From Gemmatimonadota bacterium (GTDB lineage Bacteria; Gemmatimonadota; Gemmatimonadetes; Longimicrobiales; RSA9), in NCBI GenBank assembly GCA_040882575.1, contig JBBEBA010000053.1:25534-89533 (forward strand): 64,000 bases of DNA, read 5' to 3'. This document shows positions 1 through 7,063 of the stretch, in pieces (position 1 is the stretch's first letter; the number at the start of each line of letters is the position of its first letter). Under the pieces are notes generated by a model that did not search any database, was not told where the DNA came from, and was given only the letters and a program-made list of their open reading frames with translations. A program made the position numbers and the translations under genes.

Positions 1-1639
1 GGCGACCCGCGGCGACGACGAAATCACGCAGAGCACTGAGCCAGTCTCCGCCGGAGAGCGCGACCTGATCGGCGAAATAGTCGAAGATGTACGACGAGTG
101 CTGGTAGCCGCCGCCGATGGGTGTGCCGGCATTCATGTAGGTCGGCACGTCGTCGCGGAAGTAGCTGCCGTTGAATGCGGGGTTCAGCGGAAGCTGCACG
201 TTCGCTGTCCGCGACGGTGTCCCGGTGCCGAGCAGCCGCGCGGCGATCGGCAGTCGCTCACTGAAGCGCGCGAAGCCTTCGACGAGCCAGCGGTTGCCGC
301 GTACGGGCTGACCGTTGCGCTGCAGCATGCCCCAGTGCCGCATGTGCGCGATCTCGTGCGTGAACAGGTTGTCGGCCAGCCGCTGGGGGTGCTGATTCAG
401 GCCGCGCGTCGAGCCGTTCGTGCCGACCCAGTAATCGAACGCGAAGAAGTCCGTGGACGAGTACGTGTAGCCCCAGATGTTGTCCGCGTACATCAGCGTG
501 TGCACGGCGAGCACGCGTGCGGGCACGCTGGCCTCGACTGCCGAGTTGTGACGCCCGTCGAACAGGCGGTCGCCCTGGAGACTGGCGTGCGCTGCATACT
601 CCAGCGCGATCGAATCCAGGACCACATCGGGAAGCGGCGTGTTGTGCCCGCCTCCCTCGCGCGTGAGCGTGGTGCCGAGTCGCACATCCTCCGCGATGAT
701 CAGTTCGTCCGAGATGTGGCGAATGACGGCCCGGTTGTCGTTCGTCGTCGTGATCCCGAGGCGCGCGATACCTTCAAGCCGCAGGCCGAAAACGGTGTCA
801 CCGATCTGCGGGTCCGCGGCGGCGCTGTTGAGGTCCACGAGCGCGCCGGAAGCTCCGTGGATGCGCGCGGCGCCCGAGCCGGCTTGCGGCGCTGGCGGCT
901 CGTACTCGTAGATCCGCCCGGCGCCGAAATCCCAGGAATGCGCTGCCGGCGGCGGTGGCGCCGCGACGAGCCGCTGGACGGTAGCGGCGGAGACGCTTCC
1001 TGACGGGCTCGGCGCAGCGACGACACTGTGCAGCTCGAATGAGAATCCGGTGTCGCTGGCCGCTCCTGTGGATGCCGGGAAAAGGGCGGTGTCGGAGGGG
1101 CCGAAGCGCGGCATGTTCTCCAGCAGTATCAGATACTGCTCGTCCGCGGCATCGCGCGGATCGAAACGCAGGCAGGGGAATTCGGCGGCGCCTGTGCTCT
1201 CGAAGCGCTGGAAAGCGCCCAGCGCGAAATCGAGCTGGACGAGCGCCGGGCAGTCCACGGGAACGCCGACGGCCTCGAAGAGGACCTCTGCATCCGGCAG
1301 GCCGGCCACCGTCGCGGCGAGGACGTTGAATGCGGGCTCGACGCCGAGCGTCCAGCCGGCGGCACGCGCGATACCGTCGGAGCCCGTGCGGACGGAGCCG
1401 CCCGCCACGCTGCCGCCGCCGGCCCGGACCACGAACGTGACGCGCGCGCCGCCGACCGGCCGGCCGGCCGCATCCGCAACGCGCACGGCCGGCGCGACGG
1501 GCACCAGGCTGCCCGCGGTTGCATCCAGATCGGCAGTGACTGCCGCCGCGATGTCTGCGGGCTGCACCGGCTCCGTCGGGCTGTCGCACGCGGAGACGAG
1601 CAGCACGGCCGACAGCAGTGCAGCGGGTGCAGAGCGCAT
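1..1639 (-). CDS. Lipoprotein-type secreted zinc-metalloprotease-like protein (HEXXH); its C-terminal end lies beyond the left window edge
   Basis: Absent from the ORF track because the frame stays open to position 1. Hand translation from ATG at 1639 (GAAGGA 6 nt upstream) gives MRSAPAALLSAVLLVSACDSPTEP... with lipobox LVSAC. An Ig-like segment follows (VRVADAAGRPVGGARVTFVV...), then ...NLFTHEIAHMRHWG... (HEXXH). The other two minus frames here hold only short Arg-rich shadow ORFs. Confidence 0.6.
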   Translation of the reverse strand, partial: MRSAPAALLSAVLLVSACDSPTEPVQPADIAAAVTADLDATAGSLVPVAPAVRVADAAGRPVGGARVTFVVRAGGGSVAGGSVRTGSDGIARAAGWTLGVEPAFNVLAATVAGLPDAEVLFEAVGVPVDCPALVQLDFALGAFQRFESTGAAEFPCLRFDPRDAADEQYLILLENMPRFGPSDTALFPASTGAASDTGFSFELHSVVAAPSPSGSVSAATVQRLVAAPPPPAAHSWDFGAGRIYEYEPPAPQAGSGAARIHGASGALVDLNSAAADPQIGDTVFGLRLEGIARLGITTTNDNRAVIRHISDELIIAEDVRLGTTLTREGGGHNTPLPDVVLDSIALEYAAHASLQGDRLFDGRHNSAVEASVPARVLAVHTLMYADNIWGYTYSSTDFFAFDYWVGTNGSTRGLNQHPQRLADNLFTHEIAHMRHWGMLQRNGQPVRGNRWLVEGFARFSERLPIAARLLGTGTPSRTANVQLPLNPAFNGSYFRDDVPTYMNAGTPIGGGYQHSSYIFDYFADQVALSGGDWLSALRDFVVAAGR

Positions 1640-1740
1640 TGGGTGTCCTTCGCGAACGGTGCATAATGGAGGTTAAGTGTATTACAATCAAAGTCTTGGG
1701 AAGTTCCGGTTGCCTCGCCCGCGAGCGCGCCTACCTTTAG

Positions 1741-1783
1741 GCGCAAGGTCAGGACACCGCGGCGCAAGGTTAGGACACCCGCG
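1741..1783. repeat. Tandem direct repeat, 21/22-nt unit x2 (GCGCAAGGTYAGGACACC(C)GCG)
   Basis: Read directly: gcgcaaggtcaggacaccgcg followed by gcgcaaggttaggacacccgcg. It lies in the non-coding stretch upstream (minus sense) of the metalloprotease gene, at the left edge of the lower-GC segment. Confidence 0.9.
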
Positions 1784-2187
1784 ATCGGGACGCTGATCGG
1801 GCTGGTCGGGGCAGATCTGGTCATCGCGCTGAAGGAGCCGATGTCGAACGTCGCGGCGCGGGCGTTCATGTTGGAGCGCGAGAAACGTGAGCTCCGCTTC
1901 GAGCCACTGGCACTTATCGAACGTCAGGCCCAGACGCCCTCTTCATCCCGCTCAGCCTTGGCGCAACCGCCTGCGAGCGTCTCGGCCGAGCGGGCCATCT
2001 TCTGCGGGGTGGACTGGATAGCTGCCCCACTGCGATTTCTCGTCACTCTGTCTCGTGCTCACGCAACGAGGCGGACTGCCCGCTCACGCTCCTCTGCTGA
2101 ATACTGTCATGCTCTTGATATGGCTCCAATCTCTCACGAGTTGGAACCTCCAAAACCGGGGGCGTTCAGACGCTTTCTTCACAAATC

Positions 2188-2217
2188 CCTGACAAACTCC
2201 TGACAAGGCTCTGACAT
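2188..2217 (+). repeat. Three CTGACAW motifs phased at 11-nt intervals upstream of the sigma-like gene
   Basis: Read directly: CTGACAA at 2189-2195 and 2200-2206, CTGACAT at 2211-2217. The spacing is one helical turn, ~160 nt upstream of the ATG at 2377. Confidence 0.6.
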
Positions 2218-2376
2218 TAGCATATTGCGAGAGGCTGACTTCGGCTCCAAGGTTCGAATGAGCCCCAGAGTCGTCCTGCGTTTGCCAGTCGTCGATTCTG
2301 CAATGAGGACACTCGAAAAAGAGGGGCGGTTCGTTGACATTGTCGAGGTGAACCTGTCGAACCACGGAGTCTTGAC

Positions 2377-3006
2377 ATGACGACTTGCGAAAACGGCGGG
2401 GCTTGGACGCCTGCCCGAACTTTGGAAACCGTCGCCGTCAACCGATCGGTTGGAAACCGGAAGGCTTTCCTCGCGCAGGCCGTGGGCATGGTGTCGATAC
2501 TGGCCCGCAAGTTTCCCGGCCTTGACCATGCCGATGTATGTAATGCTGTAGCCGATGCCGTTGACGAGTGGCAGTGCAAGGTCGGATCTACAGGCGCACA
2601 GCCGGACCCTCGGCATCTCCTTCATGCGGCATGGTGTAACTGCGCCAACTGTGCGCGAAGCAGTGATAGGCGGGGGCAGCGTGAACGGCGTTGGTTCGAA
2701 TCCAGTATCAGTAGTCGGGAGCGTGAATGGATGGACGCCCGCGAAATGCAGTTCGGCGTGTTTCGCCGACGCGTCGCGGAACTTATGCCGGACGACGAGA
2801 TGCGGTCAATATTTTCGTGCTGGCTAATCGGAGAGCGGGACACGCAAGTTTATGTGGAAGCGCTAGGTCTGGCCGATGCCTCTGACGACGTCCAGCATCA
2901 GTCGGTCAAGCGAGCAAAAGACCGACTAGTCAAGTTCCTCAGTCGGAGCCGGGCGGTTCGAGTTTGTAGTGATGACTACATCCGCTGGAGTTCGGTGCTG
3001 CATTGA
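2377..3006 (+). CDS. Sigma-70/ECF-like putative transcription factor with an internal Cys cluster
   Basis: 209-aa ORF with GGAG 7 nt upstream of the ATG. The N-terminal part (KAFLAQAVGMVSILARKFPGLDHADVCNAVADAVDEW) resembles sigma region 2. The C-terminal part (MRSIFSCWLIGERDTQVYVEALGLADASDDVQHQSVKRAKDRLVKFL) resembles a region-4 helix-turn-helix. HAAWCNCANC lies between them. Assignment is by eye only. Confidence 0.5.
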   Translation: MTTCENGGAWTPARTLETVAVNRSVGNRKAFLAQAVGMVSILARKFPGLDHADVCNAVADAVDEWQCKVGSTGAQPDPRHLLHAAWCNCANCARSSDRRGQRERRWFESSISSREREWMDAREMQFGVFRRRVAELMPDDEMRSIFSCWLIGERDTQVYVEALGLADASDDVQHQSVKRAKDRLVKFLSRSRAVRVCSDDYIRWSSVLH

Positions 3007-3102
3007 TGTCGAACCCAGCCCCATTGGCGGGGATTGTTGATATAGGGAGTACCAGGTGCCGCGCTCGGTGGCCCTGGAGGGCACTTGGCTCGGGAGGAAA
3101 GT

Positions 3103-3375
3103 ATGCTCGTGAATGGAATAGCTAGGCGAGCCGCTGTCGTTGCCGTCATGGCGATAGTGGCGCTCTCTACGCCGGCTCAGACGGAAGACAGTGGGGAAGC
3201 CCAGGCTGCTGGTGACTGGTGCGGGCAGTGGAAATGCGTCCACATGAAGTTGTACTGTGACGGCGAAGCAATAACGCTGTTCTGCAACGCAGTTTGCGAG
3301 GGTTGGGTGGATGCCAATTGTACTACGCATAAGTCGTGTGGGGCCGGCGAGGTGTACGTCAGGTGCAATGGATGA
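3103..3375 (+). CDS. Small secreted cysteine-rich protein (90 aa precursor, 8 Cys in the predicted mature part)
   Basis: GGAGG lies 5 nt upstream of the ATG at 3103 (the ORF-track start at 3085 is a TTG). The signal-like N-terminus is MLVNGIARRAAVVAVMAIVALSTPAQT...EAQA. The mature part is AGDWCGQWKCVHMKLYCDGEAITLFCNAVCEGWVDANCTTHKSCGAGEVYVRCNG. I recognise no family. Confidence 0.6.
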   Translation: MLVNGIARRAAVVAVMAIVALSTPAQTEDSGEAQAAGDWCGQWKCVHMKLYCDGEAITLFCNAVCEGWVDANCTTHKSCGAGEVYVRCNG

Positions 3376-3450
3376 GTTCTCCCAAATACTAGGGCTGCAA
3401 AGCGGCTGCTGCGGGGAACGATATCGGCTGAAGGGCTCTAACAGCAGAGG

Positions 3451-4140
3451 ATGCCATCCATGAAGAGCAGAGCTGAGACGCTCATGTCGGCAGTACTAAC
3501 CGTGGCCGCCGTAGTGCTAACAGGTGCGGTGCTAACGCGTGAATATGGATTCCGCTCAAATGCTGTGGGAAGTACGCCTCCTTCTGGAGAGCCAGAGCTG
3601 TACGAAGATTGGAGAGAATGGATCGCTCACGGCGAAATATCAGGAGATGACTCGGCATCGGCGATTGTCATCGAATTTGCCGATTTCGAGTGCCCTGCAT
3701 GCCGCAGATTCCATCACGCTGTCCTCACGCCTGTCAAGGATACCTTTGGCGCTTCTGTCGCAGTCGTCTTTATGCATCTCCCTCTAAGCATGCACCGCTT
3801 CGCGGAGCCCGCTGCCCGAGCGAGCGAATGTGCGTCAAATCAGGCCAGGTTCTTCCAGTTTGCTGACGTTGTGTTCGAGAAACAGGATTCCCTGGGACTA
3901 AAAACATGGTCATCCTATGCCGCCGAGGCAGGAGTTACGGACGCAGAGAGGTACTCCAACTGCGTATCGCTACAAACGTCCTTCCCCCGAATAGCCATGG
4001 GCAAGTCAATCGCCACAGAGTTGGGGATAACTGGGACTCCGACGGTTTTCATAAACGGCTGGAGATTCCCCACGCCCCCAAGTGAAGCTGAAATGGAACG
4101 CGTGATTGGGGAGATCCTGGCGGGAAGAGCGCCATTTTGA
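3451..4140 (+). CDS. Membrane-anchored DsbA-family thiol:disulfide oxidoreductase
   Basis: 229-aa ORF with an N-terminal TM helix (LMSAVLTVAAVVLTGAVL). The CxxC motif sits in a DsbA-type context: VIEFADFECPACRRFHH. An alternative ATG at 3460 has better spacing to AGAGGA. Confidence 0.75.
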   Translation: MPSMKSRAETLMSAVLTVAAVVLTGAVLTREYGFRSNAVGSTPPSGEPELYEDWREWIAHGEISGDDSASAIVIEFADFECPACRRFHHAVLTPVKDTFGASVAVVFMHLPLSMHRFAEPAARASECASNQARFFQFADVVFEKQDSLGLKTWSSYAAEAGVTDAERYSNCVSLQTSFPRIAMGKSIATELGITGTPTVFINGWRFPTPPSEAEMERVIGEILAGRAPF

Positions 4141-5369
4141 TGAACGAGATACGGAATGGCTGTCTAGCCGTGAATTACGGGTTCATTTTCCCGGGTGCTC
4201 GAGCTTGGTGGAAGGCTGGGCGCATTCTTCGGATCAGCGTCTGCCTTGCCGCTGCGGTATCAAGTATCGCTCCTCCCGCCCAAGCCCAGAGGGTGACGTC
4301 CCGCGGATCGGGCCCCCAGGCGTCTTTCGTTGAAGGCTTTACCACGATTGTAGCTGTGCGCGAGCTGACCGACGGCCGCGTCGTGATCGTCGATTCCCAC
4401 GAACGGAGGATCGCCATCCTGGATTCATCGCTAACACAACTGCGACCAGTTGGCCGACATGGTGCAGGCCCCGGAGAGTTCGAGATACCGATGGGTCTTT
4501 TCGCGCTGGTGGGTGACAGCTCCGCGGTCTACGATCCGCCGAACTCGCGCATGCTAGTCATCACCCCGGCAGGCGAGACCGGCGGCGTGCTCGGCACCCT
4601 GGGACTACCGATCGGAGAGCCCGCGCGTCTGAGCGGCGTGCATCAGCCGGCAGCGACCGACGGCTCCGGGAACTTCTACGCACAGTCAGCGGCGGGCGTG
4701 GAGGACGGTGGTACCACGCGCCACGGGCCTCTCCTGCGGTGGAACACCTCCGATCCTGACCCCGACACGGTCGCTTTGCTGCCCTTGCCGGAGCAGGGCC
4801 GAGTCATTTCGGCGCCGGGCGCGATGGTTGCAAGGCTGCCGATGCCGCTGTTTCAGCCGCGAGCCGTCTGGGCCGTCGCCCGAGACGGCCGGGTCGCGAT
4901 CGTGTTTCCGGAGCCGTATCACGTCGAGATCGTACACCCGGACGGAACCCGTCGCCGCGGAACTGCCATTCCCGTCGAGCCCCTGAAGCTCACGGACGAG
5001 CATAAGACCGAGTGGCGCAGGGAAGTTGCGAGGACGCAGCTTCGAGTCGTCGTCGCGCGCGGTGGAGGATCAGCCTACCGGACCATTTCTGAGGACGAGG
5101 TCGCGGAACCTCCGGGATGGGAGCCTTTCCTCCCGCCGTTTCTCAGCGACGCGGCCGGCTTTGCAGGCGATGGCCGATTGTGGGTCAGACGAACCACTCC
5201 GCCCGATCGCGCTGCGACGTACGACGTATTCGACGCTAACGCACGCCTCGTCGAGGTCGTGGTCCTACCGCCGAACCGCCGCCTCGCCGGCTTTGGTGCC
5301 GACGCGGTTTACCTCGTCAGGCGCGACGATTTCGACCTGGAGTACCTCGAGCGGTGGATCCTTCGCTGA
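4140..5369 (+). CDS. Secreted beta-propeller protein (NHL/6-bladed-propeller-like)
   Basis: The ATG overlaps the DsbA stop (TGATG). A hydrophobic segment ends in AAAVSSIAPPAQAQ. Repeated strand motifs follow (DGRVVIVDSHERRIAILD; GEFEIPMGLFALVGDSSAVYDPPNSRMLVITPAG; DGRVAIVFPEPYHVEIVHPDG; DGRLWVRR). The fold call is by eye only. Confidence 0.55.
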   Translation: MNEIRNGCLAVNYGFIFPGARAWWKAGRILRISVCLAAAVSSIAPPAQAQRVTSRGSGPQASFVEGFTTIVAVRELTDGRVVIVDSHERRIAILDSSLTQLRPVGRHGAGPGEFEIPMGLFALVGDSSAVYDPPNSRMLVITPAGETGGVLGTLGLPIGEPARLSGVHQPAATDGSGNFYAQSAAGVEDGGTTRHGPLLRWNTSDPDPDTVALLPLPEQGRVISAPGAMVARLPMPLFQPRAVWAVARDGRVAIVFPEPYHVEIVHPDGTRRRGTAIPVEPLKLTDEHKTEWRREVARTQLRVVVARGGGSAYRTISEDEVAEPPGWEPFLPPFLSDAAGFAGDGRLWVRRTTPPDRAATYDVFDANARLVEVVVLPPNRRLAGFGADAVYLVRRDDFDLEYLERWILR

Positions 5370-5390
5370 TCCCGAGGAATGCTCTATACC

Positions 5391-5430
5391 TGCGCCTCCG
5401 AGCCTCCGCGTGCGCCTCCGAGCCTCCGCG
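5391..5430. repeat. Perfect tandem duplication of a 20-nt unit (TGCGCCTCCGAGCCTCCGCG x2) followed by TGTTTTTG
   Basis: Read directly, 22 nt after the stop of the beta-propeller gene. An AT-richer non-coding stretch follows, up to ~5650. Confidence 0.9.
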
Positions 5431-5653
5431 TGTTTTTGATCTGGCTGTACCGTCTTTGGTTTACATCTCCTCCAAGCATTTACGATTCGTCAGAATCGCC
5501 CACCTATTCTATATAGCAGCCCCCACTCAATTGGGTCGGTAGTATAGAGTGCGGTCACTCTCTTGAACCATTTGTCCCCTGAAGCGTACTCGATCGGCAG
5601 CTTATCAACGGGGGCACCTTTCCCGGTTAATTTCAGTCCACCACGGAGTCATC

Positions 5654-7063
5654 GTGCCCCCACAGCTGGCGCTCCTCTTAATGGTGAGCGACTCGAAGAA
5701 CCTGCCGGCGGCCGTCCGGTCGGCCGAGCGGCAGGTGCGCCACTGGGGAGACAGCTTCGGTGGCGACCCGGCTGACCCCGCGACGTGGGAATGGACGCGC
5801 GGCGCGAGTGCCGTGACGGCCGTCATCGACCTGCATCCGCCCGACCGGGCACGAGCCGCGCTCGCGGCGATCCGGCGCGTCCGTCCGGATGCCGCGGTGC
5901 TGCTGCTGTCGCAGGACGTCGCGGACGTGGACGGACCCGGCGACGGCACCCTGGCGCGGTCGGGCGGCCTGCGCGATGTCGTGCGACTCGATCTCGAGGA
6001 GGAGCTCGCGCGGCTGGAGGCGGAGCGGAGGGGCTACTGCCTGCGCGAGTTCGCCGCAGGCGACGATGTGGTGCCGATCCTGATCCACGATGATCCGGAT
6101 CCGGACGCCATGTCGAGCGCGCTCGCGGTGCGCGCTCTGATCGGCGGAACGCCGGAGCGGATGCCGATCGTGACGCTGGAGGAAGTGACCCGTCCGGAAA
6201 ACCGTCGCATGGCGGATCTGCTGCACATCAGGGTGACGCGCGTCACGTGCGACGAGCTGCGCCAGTTCGACCGGGTGATCACCGTCGATACGCAGCCGCG
6301 CGGACTGCAGCAGGACGGGAGGCCCCGGCTCGCCGTGATCGATCATCATCCGGCCGAGAACAGCTACGCGGCAGAGTTCCGCGACATACGCCCGCACTAC
6401 GGCGCCACGGCGACAATGCTGACGGAGTACCTGCGTGCGGCGTCGGGCATTCGCGTGCGTGGCAACCTCGCGACGGCGCTGCTCTACGGCATCAGGACGG
6501 ACACCGACTCGCTCGCGCGCGGCGTCACGCCCGCCGACGTCGCGGCGTACGCGTACCTGCAGGAGCACGCCGATGTCGATCTGATCAAGCGCTTCGAGCG
6601 GCCCAGCTACACGCTTGCGACGGCCCGTTCTTTCGCCGACGCGCTGCGCTCAGCCGAGTGCGACGAGGATCTGTGCGTCGCGTACGTCGGCGAGCTGCAG
6701 CCGCATGAGGCGCACGTCCTGGCCGACCTGGCCGACTTCTGTCTGGGCATCGAAAACATCACGTGGGTGGCGGTGGCCGCCGAGCTCGAAGGCGAGCTGG
6801 TGCTCACACTGCGGCACACGGGCAGCGACCCTGGCGCGGGCGGTGTCGCGCGCGCGCTCGCTTCGTTGCACGGCGGATCCGGCGGTGGACACGCGACCAT
6901 GGCCAGAGTTGCGATACCGGCAGATCGGGCGCGCACGATCCTGGATGGCGAGGAGATGGCGACTGCGGTACGGCGGCTGATTCGCGAGGCGATACGTCAT
7001 GCGGCCGGCGAATCCGCAGAGCGGTCTACTCGTCGAGATTCACCCCAAGCTCGTCCGGCGTGA
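5654..7063 (+). CDS. DHH-family phosphoesterase (NrnA/RecJ-like core) with a ~150-aa N-terminal extension
   Basis: 469-aa ORF with a GTG start. DHH motifs are ILIHDDPDPDAMSSALA, VIDHHP and TDTDS. The DHHA1 GGGH motif is present (LHGGSGGGHATMA). The N-terminal ~150 aa are unassigned. Confidence 0.8.
   Translation: MPPQLALLLMVSDSKNLPAAVRSAERQVRHWGDSFGGDPADPATWEWTRGASAVTAVIDLHPPDRARAALAAIRRVRPDAAVLLLSQDVADVDGPGDGTLARSGGLRDVVRLDLEEELARLEAERRGYCLREFAAGDDVVPILIHDDPDPDAMSSALAVRALIGGTPERMPIVTLEEVTRPENRRMADLLHIRVTRVTCDELRQFDRVITVDTQPRGLQQDGRPRLAVIDHHPAENSYAAEFRDIRPHYGATATMLTEYLRAASGIRVRGNLATALLYGIRTDTDSLARGVTPADVAAYAYLQEHADVDLIKRFERPSYTLATARSFADALRSAECDEDLCVAYVGELQPHEAHVLADLADFCLGIENITWVAVAAELEGELVLTLRHTGSDPGAGGVARALASLHGGSGGGHATMARVAIPADRARTILDGEEMATAVRRLIREAIRHAAGESAERSTRRDSPQARPA

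Noticed and set aside
98-1003. Long ORF-track entries such as 98..1003(+), 798..1691(-), 5678..6568(-), 7507..8547(-), 8136..9422(+), 9927..11528(-), 12102..13625(-), 16234..17727(+), 18719..20260(+), 19212..21251(-), 21704..23428(+), 28617..30743(-), 35428..36978(-), 37074..38879(-), 46986..48395(-), 52266..53720(-)
   Set aside because: They are Arg/Ala/Pro/Gly-rich, low-complexity translations lying antisense or out of frame to genes with clear family signatures. This is the usual shadow-ORF artefact of very GC-rich DNA. I saw no motifs or start signals.
1841-2203. A 120-aa plus-strand ORF in the otherwise empty 1640-2376 region
   Set aside because: It has no recognisable domain, a Ser/Arg/Ala-rich middle and no clear RBS. 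It overlaps the 93-aa antisense ORF. It could be a gene remnant, but I cannot support it.
2084-2365. A 93-aa minus-strand ORF containing FFECPHCRIDDW, a DsbA/thioredoxin-like CPHC motif
   Set aside because: The motif is tempting given the neighbouring disulfide theme. But the ORF starts at a GTG only 11 nt from the divergent sigma-like ATG, has no ribosome-binding site, and the rest of its sequence has no thioredoxin-fold pattern. It is kept only as something to test by homology search.
2690-2714. A perfect tRNA T-loop consensus GGTTCGAATCC (2693-2703) suggesting a tRNA or tRNA-derived att remnant
   Set aside because: It lies inside the sigma-like CDS. The T-stem needs two G-U pairs. The required 5' acceptor strand (complement of ATCAGTA) is absent ~65 nt upstream, and there are no D or anticodon arms. 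The similar GGTTCGAATG at ~2250 also lacks stems.
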